Source of the DNA: Octopus vulgaris
Taxonomy: Eukaryota
Length of the DNA stretch: 64,000 bases
Assembly (NCBI GenBank): GCA_951406725.2
Contig: OX597818.1
Coordinates: 53,692,001-53,756,000 of the forward strand
Reading direction: 5' to 3'
Position 1 is the first letter of the stretch, and every line of letters begins with the position of its first letter. Under the pieces are notes generated by a model. That model searched no databases. It was not told where the DNA came from and saw only the letters and a list, made by a program, of their open reading frames with translations. Shown here piece after piece: positions 54,136-64,000 of the stretch. Both the position numbers and the translations under genes were made by a program.

Positions 54136-56779
54136 CTAACATAGACTACCTTTCAACAGTAGTCCTCAAAATTTGCTACGAATAGTGAGCTTTCGCTTGT
54201 CATGCAATTTCTAGCTATAGCAAGCGTTGCTGACAGTTGAGACTTTATTAAGTCTTTATAAGTTTCCCATCGCATCTGCCAGAATCACGTTTCTTGCTGT
54301 TCGTTCTGTGCTGAACTTTTTCTTGGCAAGCCATTATAGATGTTTCCTTTCTATATCCTGACGTTTATTCTTCAGTTAACTTTGATGTAACCACGATTCT
54401 TCACCAGCAATTTCTTACCCAAGAAGGTATCACTTTCGTTATCATACCCATACAAAAGTACTTAGGTAGATTCGAAAGCGTGTGAATTTACTGAACATGG
54501 TAAAACGAAAAAATCCAGGAATGGAAGAAATGATGGTTAATGTCAATATATTTTCAAAACAAACATCTTATTTACCGCTTCACATGCTACAATGCAGTAA
54601 GGATTATATCGGCCAGACATGACCAAAATTAATAGACCCAATTAGGGTATATAAGTAACAAATCAATTATTCATTTTTTTACCATGTAGTAAACACCTAA
54701 GAATTTTTGTAAATTGAAAGTTTAAAATATTCCGGGGTTTTTTTTCAAAATAAAGGAAAAAAAATTATCGACAAAAGAGGAACAAAAAATACTTTCTAAG
54801 TATTCTAAATCCGACACCAAATAGAAAATAGTTGACGGTACTAAAAACTACGAAATCTGTACAGATTATTTTATAATACGTGTGTTTGAAAAGCTGAAAA
54901 CAAGTGATAGCTTTTAATAGCGCATAATATAACACGAAAATCTCCTATCAAAATGTCGGTATCAATCAGCTAAGAAAACTTTTCGTAAATTAAAAATTAT
55001 TAATCATTATTGAGTTTTCTACAAATATTTTTCTAAAACCCTTATATACATACATGCATATAGCGTGTAGTGGGGAGGATATATAAACATAAGCAGGGAA
55101 ACCAAATCCTATCGCTTTATACACAAATTATCTTGATATATATATTTTGCACCAAGTAACAGAGGCGGCCATGTCACTTTCGCCGTCGGAAATTTTGTGA
55201 CCCAGAGATTAATCAGTATTTGCGATATAAAATAGAAGATATATGATCAGATCAGCTAAAAGCATATCAAGAGTTAAAGCCAGTATATAAAAACATATTT
55301 ACTGTGGAGTAAAAGAGCAAGTGTGTATTTGATGATGTTAAAAACTCTAGAGTAAATTCAAGCTTCTAACTTGAAGTGGGGCTGTTTTCACACCTAAAAC
55401 ATTTAGTAGACACGACACTATTTATATATTTAAAGACATATACACTCGTGCCGTTTTATGGAATGAAACTTTGAGCTCTATCCTAAAAGTAATCAGTATC
55501 ACCCTGCCTGTATCAAATAGATAGCAAGTTTCGTTACACTTCGTCCTTGTTCGGTTAACTCCGTTGCCGCGATACAGAGAGAATAAAAACAACGGCAGCT
55601 CATAGATTTAGAGAAAAATTATGTGTAAATGTGTTTACATGTGGTTAAGCTAATTTTTATATTTATGTTTTGTCTGACAATTGGTAAAAAACATGATACC
55701 TAAAAAAAGCCCAATGTGACACTGAACGAAAACTGGAAAGTACTTTTGTACGTTTAAAAACTTAAAATAGAATTTCTGGAGAATCAGTGACAACGTTTAC
55801 AAAGAGAGATGGGAGGTGGGATATTTCAGGAAAAAAATAGTCGACAAATAAACATCAATTGACAATTCTATTACACATAAGCGCTTGTGGAAAGCATGAA
55901 AGAAACTACATCTCGTTTTTCTAATCCTAAAGAAAGAAAAAAATGTATTCTTTCGTCTCATGATTATGCAAAAATAACAATTAATTTGTAATTAAAACTA
56001 AACGTTCTCTTATAGACAATAGCTACAACTGAGTAAAGAAGACTGATACTTTAAGTTAAATATACATACAAGCATGGATTGTGAAAATGTGACCTACAAT
56101 CAATTTGTTGTAAAATCTAAATAAACACCTTAAATGAAATAACAGCTGATAAATATCGCCGGATATTTTTTAAACAATTATTTTTCTACATAATATATTT
56201 TCCAGCGCGTTTATTTTGCGCGTAATTTATGTGTATGTACGTAGGAAGGCAAAATCATTAGATATTTAGATATGTGCGTGTATGTATGTAAGTATGTATA
56301 TATGTATGTATGTGTGTGTGCATGTATGTATATGATATATATGTAAATCCATATATATCCTTATGCCTATAACCTCAATATATTGACAACTATAGGCAAT
56401 ACAATTTTAAATAACTAATTTTAACCATAGGCTGAAACAGCTGTAAGAAGTGATTTTAAGGATTTCAATAATTTATATTATGATTTTTATAATTTGTATT
56501 CTTATCTTATATATATTGAATTATAAGATATATATGTATGCTATTAAGGTTCTCATTTTGTTAAATGAATAAATAATCCAACATTCTAATATCTGAAAGT
56601 CGATGAACAAACTAAATTGTTTCTCCATTTTCTTATTTGTATTATAAATTAACGGTAAAAATATTTCTTTACCTTCACCCGTTTAATACAATAAATAAGT
56701 TAATTGCATTGCAATTAAAAACATTTATGTATTAAGAATCTGGGTACTTTACCAACAGTATATTGGGTAAATACTTTGT

Positions 56780-56850
<71 letters not shown>

Positions 56851-56854
56851 TTGT

Positions 56855-57005
56855 AATTTACAGAAAAACAAATGTCGAAGATAGATGTATAAACAACAAG
56901 CAGGTATAGGAGTTTGACGCTCGGTGAGAAAGTCTTTTACGTTTCGAGCCTACGCTCATCAACAGAAAGGAACACGAGGAAATAAACAGAGAGAGAATAT
57001 AAAAC
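56855..57005 (-). mobile_element. Second copy of the hammerhead-like-motif repeat
   Basis: Homologous to 16285-16465; motif at 56934-56969. Confidence 0.5.
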
Positions 57006-57179
57006 TTTTGGAGGTAGCGGTCGAGGGAGACAAACAGACAGACAAACGGAAAGACAGTCAGAGACTAATAGAGACGGAGAGAGAAGGAGAGAGACAAACA
57101 GACGGTCAGACAGACAGACGTCTTAAAAGGAAATAGACGCCATCATTTTTTAAAGATTTATTTCTCCTTTCTTCTATGG

Positions 57180-57345
57180 ATATTTGGCTGCTCAAAGAAG
57201 AGGCTTCGTTCTAGTTCCCCTGCTATAGATACCAAGTTGATGGAGATACCTCGCAGAAGTAGTCCGACTCATTTGGAATTAGTCTGCAACATCAGCTGCC
57301 TTGGAACGGGGATTATTTTCATCAATACGCTTGACAAAACCGAGT
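57180..57345 (-). mobile_element. Tc1-like transposase relic (second HTH region)
   Basis: VKRIDENNPRSKAADVAD*FQMSRTTSARYLHQLGIYSRGTRTKPLL resembles R....NPR.T..D......S..TV.R.LH..G...R..R.KPLL. Confidence 0.6.
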
Positions 57346-57699
57346 TACCTGTCAGAGGACATTGGCTAAGGTCACCTCCATATTGATCCACAACACACCT
57401 TCTTTGAAAATCATGCAACATTTTTTGTTCCTGATGTTCGTGTTTTGGTCAGTTGCTATAAGGAATTTATATACTGTAATCTGTAAGGAAAAATAATGAT
57501 GCATTAACAAGTTTGAAACACGAAGCAGTGACCGCACAAATAAAATGGCATCATAATGAGAGTTGTCTATCAATTTTTGAGATGTGTGTATACATGTGTG
57601 TGCGTGTGTATGCGTGTATGTACAATATAAAATATATATATGTGTATATATATATATATGTATATATATATGTTTATATATATATAATATGTGTATATT

Positions 57700-57732
<33 letters not shown>

Positions 57733-57796
57733 AATATGTATATATATATGTATATATATGTATGTATATATATATATATATATATATACATATATG

Positions 57797-57835
<39 letters not shown>

Positions 57836-57862
57836 ATATATATATGTGTATATATATGTATA

Positions 57863-57920
<58 letters not shown>

Positions 57921-58320
57921 ATATAATATAATGTGTGTATAATATTATTTCTATTTCTATTTAGCATTTGATAAAAGAAAACTGTTGTATTTTTGATTTT
58001 GTCTTTACTTGGGACATGCAATACCATCAACAACCATCAGAAGACTCTTTCTCAAAATGATAATCAGTAAAATCCTTTATGTTCCTTGTCTGTTTTTGGT
58101 TTAGACACTGAATACCAGACAAGTTTTTTGTGGGATAGGGGGCTCTTTTTTCTTTTTTCTTCGGGGGAGGGGGTGGATTCTGAATTTCCTTCCGAGCTCA
58201 GTTCAAGCTCACCCTTCTTTGTCATACAGTACGGCTTGATATTGAACTTATATATAGAGTATATATCTATGTGTGTTCGTACGTACGTACGTATGTATGT
58301 GTGTATGTATGTATATGTTT

Positions 58321-58448
58321 TAGCTGCCAATTCTGTACAAGACATTGTAGATCTTTAGCTGGGCTAAAAAGTCACATTCGATCACTGCACCAATAACAGT
58401 TAAGCTTCGTGCAATGGCCATACTCGATAACGAGAGGGCAGCCATCAT
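58321..58448 (+). mobile_element. Short RTE-clade 3' end flanked by (TATG)n
   Basis: CQFCTRHCRSLAGLKSHIRS; matches the 42933 copy. Confidence 0.75.
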
Positions 58449-58599
58449 GTATGTATGTATGTATGTATGTATGTATGTATGTATGTATGTATGTATGTAT
58501 GTATGTATGTATGTATGTATGTATGTATGTGTCTCACTGTGCTTTGTTCGCATTCCATAACGCTTGCTGGTTCACCCTCCCGCCGCTGAACCAGTCTAG

Positions 58600-59088
58600 T
58601 GGTTTCCTCCACTCAGTCCTTCTGGGTCCAGTCTTCGCGTGTTTATGTAAGACAAGCCATTTTGTTCGAATGCCAGACACACGACACCCTAAGAGATTTT
58701 TACAGCAAAATGACGGACGGTTAGCGCACGGAAGGCGAACAGAAAAAGTGTTTCAGGGATATACTCAAAACCTAATTGAAGAACATTGAGCTCAACCCGG
58801 ACACCGGGGAAATGCAAGCGCGGGACCGCTCTGCCTAGAGAAGCTGCACCAACAGAGATGTGCTTCCTTTGAACAGTAAAGGATTGCAAGAGCACAAAAA
58901 AAAAACGCCAGCTGCACAAGTCCAGACCCAACGCTTTGCCTTCAGTCCCAGCAGACCATTAATGCCCGAACCGCGGCAAAGCCTTCCTCGTAAGCATTGG
59001 ACTGATCGGCTGCAACTGGACACACCCGTACCTTATCTTCTCTTATGTGATATTCTTCATCGTCGTCGACAACAACGGACGAATTATA
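58600..59088 (+). mobile_element. RTE (BovB-like) LINE 3' relic
   Basis: HFVRMPDTRHPKR..GR.AHG / FRDILKT*LKNIELNPDTGEMQARDRSA*RSC; tail catcgtcgtcgacaacaacggacgaa. Confidence 0.75.
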
Positions 59089-59134
59089 CGTGTGTGTGTG
59101 TGTGTGTGTGCGTGCGTATATATGTATGTACGTA

Positions 59135-59563
59135 TTGCTATGTTCCTTTGCATGTTGGTCATATGTAATCCTCCAATGAAACTTTTGGGGGTCTGCTTCA
59201 TACGATAATTGCGTCCCTGTATTTGAAAGGGATTCATTGGTCAGTGATCAGGATCGGTGTATTCACACAAGTATGGCAATGTTACAGCAGCGATAATAGT
59301 CAACGATGCGATAACAGTCAGCATAATTGTCGTAAAACTCTTCGTCATCCGCCCACGATTTCTGCTAAGTGTCCGTGTAATATACTCCACCCAACCTTTT
59401 GTAACAATAAAACAAAGCTATTATTAGTCGAATTTGGTGTTTCCCAAACAATAAACGATTCTGTATCGATAATATCCGCCGTGGCGTGGCAGATAACCAA
59501 TTACGCCGGAATACGGGACTTGAAATGATAATAAAAACAATGGCAAAATATTATCACAAGTGG
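59135..59563 (-). pseudogene. Copy of the three-copy segment; possible decayed MFS/SLC17-like coding fragment
   Basis: The repeat itself is certain, being highly similar and inverted relative to 62255-62685. The protein identity rests only on frame-hopping motifs. Confidence 0.3.
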
Positions 59564-59978
59564 AAGGAGGTGAGCTTGCAGAAACGTTAGCACGCCGGGC
59601 GAAATGCTGAGCGGTATTTCGTCTGTCGCTACGTTCTGAGTTCAAATTCCGCCGAGGTCGACTTTGCCTTTCATCTTTTCGGGGTCGATAAATTAAGTAC
59701 CAGTTACGCACTGGGGGTCGATATAATCGATTTAATCCGTATGTCTGTCCTTGTTTGTCCTCTCTGTTTGTAGCCCCATGTAGGTAGTAAAAAAATAGGA
59801 AATAGGTATTTCGTCTGCCGCTACGTTCTGAGTTCAAATTCTGCCGAGGTCGACTTTGCCTTTCATCTTTTCGGGGTTGATTAAATAAGTACCAGTTACG
59901 CACTGGGGGGTCGATATAATCGACTTAATCCGTATGTCTGTCCTTGTTTGTCCTCTCTGTGTGTAGCCCCTTGTGGCA
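59564..59978 (+). mobile_element. SINE-A dimer
   Basis: Standard junction at about 59805. Confidence 0.9.
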
Positions 59979-59979
59979 G

Positions 59980-60125
59980 ATGAGGCGGTATCTCACGGAG
60001 ATGAGGCCTGACTGGGACTCTGCACGACGGGTCGCCCGAAAGGACCCAGGATTATTCAAAAAAATGGTGAATGCAACAACGCGCTGTAACGGCGCATTTC
60101 CCCCACATTTAATCTGACCTGACTA
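59980..60125 (+). mobile_element. Possible RTE-like LINE extreme 3' end
   Basis: RYLTEMRPDWDSARRVARKDPGLFKKMVNATTRC..* followed by a short tgacctgact repeat. Confidence 0.4.
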
Positions 60126-60189
60126 TACATAGAGCACCAACGCGTATTAGCACAATATACACTTTTTTTCATTGATCACAGATTTTTTA

Positions 60190-61985
60190 ATTCCACGTCA
60201 ACTTTTTTCTACTTCTTTTTCGACAATTCTTGTATCTCCAGAGTCAGCGATGTCTTTGATCAGGAACGATTTTTCTTCCTTGTCTATCAATGCAATATCG
60301 GGTTTCTGATGTTCGATTCACTGATCACATTCGATCATGAAAGTTCCAAAGAATTTTTCTCGGTCATTTTCTACCATTTTCTCGCTCTTTCCAATCCAGA
60401 CTTGCTACATAATTTCCAATGAACCATTCTGTTCTGGCGACATTGTAATACTTAGTCTTGTATTCTCTTTGGGCCAGTTCCAGCATCCGCTTAAAATTCG
60501 CCACACTGTCTCTTCAATTCCACCACACATTCTGCATTTATCAGATTCTGATCATTGGTCAATTTTGTGCTTGATGTACTTTGTTCTATATACTTGTTCT
60601 TGTATTGCACTTATCAAAGCCTCTGCTTCAAGTTTCAAGTTACTTTTTCGTAACCTTAAACCATCTACTCTCTGGATCTGGATCTTTTAATATCTCTCTC
60701 TCTAGAAATGACCGAGCATCTTCTTATCCTTTCAGTTGTTTTTCCTCTTCGTTTTTGGCTTTATTTTGTAATTCATCTTCTCCCAAGCGTTTTCCGCATT
60801 TAATAGACTTTACTTGCATTCCTTACTTGTACAAGTAATGCCTCCTTTACATTCTTTATATACCAAGCAATATTGCTTTCTTCTGTTTCCACACAACTTA
60901 TCAATCTCCGCCCTTCTTTCTTTCTCGTAAGGTGTAGCCTTCAATATCACTTTTCGGGTGGAATGCATCGTATATTTCTAGTAGTTTCCTTTTCTTATCC
61001 AAGAATCGTTGTTCGCCATCGTATCACTCTTGCTCCATATCTCAATGAGCAATTGCCCAAGAATTTATTGCTTGGAACTTATCCCTCCCATTTAATTTAG
61101 TTTTCAAAATCACCCTCAGTCTTCTGCGATACTACTGAGAGAATATCTTGTTCATTTTCATTTCATTTCATCTAGTTTCAGCTCACGAGCTGTGGCCATG
61201 CTGGGGCACCGCCATTCGGTGTTGCTACATGATTTTACTTCACGAATGATTTTTAGCAATTGATATTTGGTGCATGAGAGTTTGATGCAGCTGCCCTCAT
61301 CTGCACCTCCTGCCGTGAAGTTGGTTCATCTGGGACACCTGACAGGAAGAGGTCCAGCTTTATTTTGAAGACATCTGCATCCACCCCATGCAGGTCTCTC
61401 AGGTCCTTCGGGAGAATATTGAATAGTTGTGGGCCTCTGAAGCCCAGGCTTATATTCATTTCGTTTCCCATCAATTCGCCCACTTCCAATATGCCCAGAT
61501 ACTTCCATCCGCCTTTGTCTATTCTCTTCATTACATCCCCAGTAAGCAGCTTCGCACCGTCCACTTCTCCAATTTTGCCACTTTTTAAAATCAACAGCAC
61601 ACACTTTTTCAGTCCAAGTCCCATCCTAATGCACAATTCGAATCAATGAATTCGGCTGGTTTTCGTCTTTCTCGTTGAGTTCCAGGTCGTTCATAAAAAC
61701 AGGACGGTTGATTTTATGTTTGTTTTTTTTTCTTTAAACTCATAACCAGTTTACGTGTTTCTCAAAATCAAACTCAGAGATATTATTCAGAATGCAAAAA
61801 AGCAATCATAACAAGTTACCTTCTTCAAAGATTCCTGGCTTGCTGTTGACAAAGTCTAAGCTTAACTTAACCCACTTTGAGTTCACTAGTCCATTTATTC
61901 CTACATCGGCTCAATAGATTTATAATATTGTGTGCGATACCACAGATTTTCAAGCCATCCATAATCCACGAATGAGGAACCGTGT
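60190..61985 (-). mobile_element. Decayed R4/Dong-like LINE (RT, CCHC zinc knuckle, REL endonuclease), interrupted at 61152-61452
   Basis: TVPHSWI, HKINRPVFMNDL, KYLGILE, AFHPKSDI, EALISAIQEQ..KCRMCGGIEETV..ILSGC and RKPDIALIDK..DIA..GDTRIVEKE occur in the expected order. Confidence 0.88.
61152..61452 (-). mobile_element. CR1-group LINE 3' end with (ATGAA)n tail, nested in the R4-like element
   Basis: SLGFRGPQLFNILPKDLRDL..FKIKLDLFLSGVPDEP is homologous to the C-terminus at 2161-2843. Confidence 0.85.
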
Positions 61986-62119
61986 GGCGTAAGAAGAAAT
62001 AGATAATTGTGTAAGTTTAGAATAAGATCATATTCTTAAAAAATATTTGATAAGATCTTATTTAAAAAGTATACAAAGCAGAGTTATCCATCTAGAAATG
62101 AGTGCGAACACACAGATTA

Positions 62120-62685
62120 CGTTGGCATGAAGTAGCCCAGATTTCTCCATGACTACCACTGTTAGCATGGAGTTTGGAGCAGCCAAATGCATCCGTCAAC
62201 ATCTGCGGAGGATGAGTCAAAATATAAGGTAATTTCTCTAGGATAGCCCTGCCTCCACTTGTGATAATTGTACTGTTGTTTTACTGTCATTTCAAGTCCC
62301 GTATTCCGGCGCTAATCGGTTCTCCATGACTATCACAGCTAAGCAATATCTGCCACACCATGGCGGATATTGTTGATACAGAATCGTTTATTGTTTGGGA
62401 AACACCAAATTCGACTAATAATAGCTTTGTTTTATTGTTACAAAGGATTGGGTGGAGTATATTACACGGACACTTAGTAGAAATCGTGGGCGGATGACGA
62501 AGAGTTTTACGACAATTATGCTGACTGTTATTGCATCGTTGACTATTATCGCTGCTGTTACATTGCCATACTTGTGTGAATACACAGATCCTGTTCACTG
62601 ACCAATGAATCCCTTTCAAATACAGGGAAAAAGTTATCGCATAAAGCAGACCCAAAGGATTTTCATAGATAGGGTGCATATGTGA
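62120..62685 (+). pseudogene. Copy of the three-copy segment; possible decayed MFS/SLC17-like coding fragment
   Basis: YSG..FSMTITA / W..RLIIALFYCY / ILHGHLVEIVGG*RR / TIMLTVIASLTIIAAVTLPYL lie in different frames. Confidence 0.3.
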
Positions 62686-62850
62686 ACAAAAAATAAAACT
62701 AAACATAACAAAAGTTTGTGAATTCATTCTTCTTTGGTTTCCCTCTAAATTCATCGAATTTCAGATGATTTGTCTTATAGTATCACTTCAGTTTGATCTT
62801 TTTCACCATGCATACAGTAAAGATCTATGAAAGCATAAGTAGTAGACATA

Positions 62851-63271
62851 TAGGCACAGGAGTGGCTGTGTGGTAAGTAGCTTGCTTACGAACCACATGG
62901 TTCCGGGTTCAGTCCCACTGCGTGGCACCTTGGGCAAGTGTCTTCTGCTATAGCCTCGGGCCGACCAAAGCCTTGTGAGTGAATTTGGTAGACGGAAACT
63001 GAAAGAAGCCCGTCGTATATATGTATATATATATATGTGCGTGTGTGAGTTTGTGTGTCTGTGTTTGTCCCCCAAGCATTGCTTGACAACCGATGCTGGT
63101 GTGTTTATGTCCCCGTTACTTAGCGGTTCGGCAAAAAGAGACCGATAGAATAAGTACTGGGCTTACAAAAAGAATAAGTCCCGGGGTCGAGTTGCTCGAT
63201 TAAAGGCGGTGCTCCAGCATGGCCGCAGTCAAATGACTGAAACAAGTAAAAGAGTAAAAGAGTAAAAGAGT
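62851..63271 (+). mobile_element. SINE-B full length
   Basis: Complete match with (gtaaaaga)3 tail. Confidence 0.92.
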
Positions 63272-63459
63272 ATACAAAATGTCAAATCGTCGACCCTTAT
63301 TGCAGTCTTATCAGAGGTATCCTCATCACTTGATCAGTAACAGAGAAACAAGCGATCAATCTGTTTATATGCACATCGAATCTAATAGCTTCAGAGAAAT
63401 GAAGCCATTAATTTGTATACCCTAATTGCTTGACACTTCATTTAATATTAGAAGCCTCT

Positions 63460-64000
63460 AAGGCGGCGAGCTGGCAGAAACGTTAGCACGCCAGGCGAAA
63501 TGCTTAGCGGTATTTCGTCTGCCGTTACGTTCTGAGTTCAAATTCCGCCGAGGTCGGCTTTGCCTTTCATCCTTTCGGGGTCGATAAATTAAGTACCAGT
63601 TACGCACTGGGGTCAATATAATCGACTTAATCCGTTTGTCTGTCCTTGTTTGTCCCCTCTGTGTGTAACCCCTTGTGGGTAGTAAAGAAATAGGTATTTC
63701 TCTGTCTTTACGTCCTGAGTTCAAATTCCGCCGAGGTCGACTTTGCCTTTCATCCTTTCGGGGTCGATAAATTAAGTACCAGTTACGCACTGGGGTCAAT
63801 ATAATCGACTTAATCCGTTTGTCTGTCCTTGTTTGTCCCCTCTGTGTGTAACTCCTTGTGGGTAGTAAAGAAATAGGTATTTCTCTGTCTTTACGTCCTG
63901 AGTTCAAATTCCGCCGAGGTCGACTTTGCCTTTCATTCTTTCGGGGTCGATAAATTAAGTACCAGTTACGCACTGGGGTCAATATAATCGACTTAATCCG
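63460..64000 (+). mobile_element. SINE-A multimer (at least 3 bodies, runs off the window)
   Basis: Junctions at about 63693 and 63876. Units 2 and 3 share private variants (ctctgtctttacgtcctg). Confidence 0.92.

Noticed and set aside
58064-58250. Non-repetitive minus-strand ORF part (KPYCMTKKGELELSSEG..)
   Set aside because: No recognisable domain, and the ORF start lies in RTE/microsatellite sequence.
59223-59528. Cys-rich ORF conserved with 62287-62754 as a novel secreted-peptide family
   Set aside because: About 10 of 11 differences between the copies are non-synonymous in this frame, there is no ATG start or signal peptide, and the third copy is frameshifted.
63458-63982. 174-aa repetitive ORF (RPRKDERQSRPRRNLNS), recurring in many ORFs
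   Set aside because: It is the antisense reading of SINE-A units.

Overview
This is AT-rich eukaryotic DNA dense in microsatellites and retroposons. The repertoire resembles an octopod cephalopod genome, which is an inference from the SINE families and repeat content. I can support no intact host protein-coding gene, rRNA or functional tRNA. Almost all listed ORFs are artefacts of (TA)n, (TATG)n, (ATT)n or (GAT)n tracts or of SINE sequence. The window contains: (1) several tRNA-derived SINE families (my labels A, B, C/E), with SINE-A often in head-body-body multimers; (2) 5'-truncated or decayed non-LTR retrotransposons of CR1-like, RTE, R4/Dong-like and L1/Tx1-like types; (3) Penelope-like GIY-YIG relics; (4) Tc1/mariner transposase relics and MITEs, a hAT-type MITE and Helentron-associated-like elements. 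The most interesting signals are: SINE-A appears to insert into its own older copies at a fixed site; two SINE-LINE pairs share 3' ends, one with a covarying hairpin; SINE heads and tails occur in all 2x2 combinations; several hammerhead-ribozyme-like motifs occur, including a recurring non-canonical core and a 92-bp-arm palindrome; and a three-copy decayed segment has weak SLC17/MFS-like traces. All family assignments come from hand translation and motif recall, not database searches, and boundaries are approximate.
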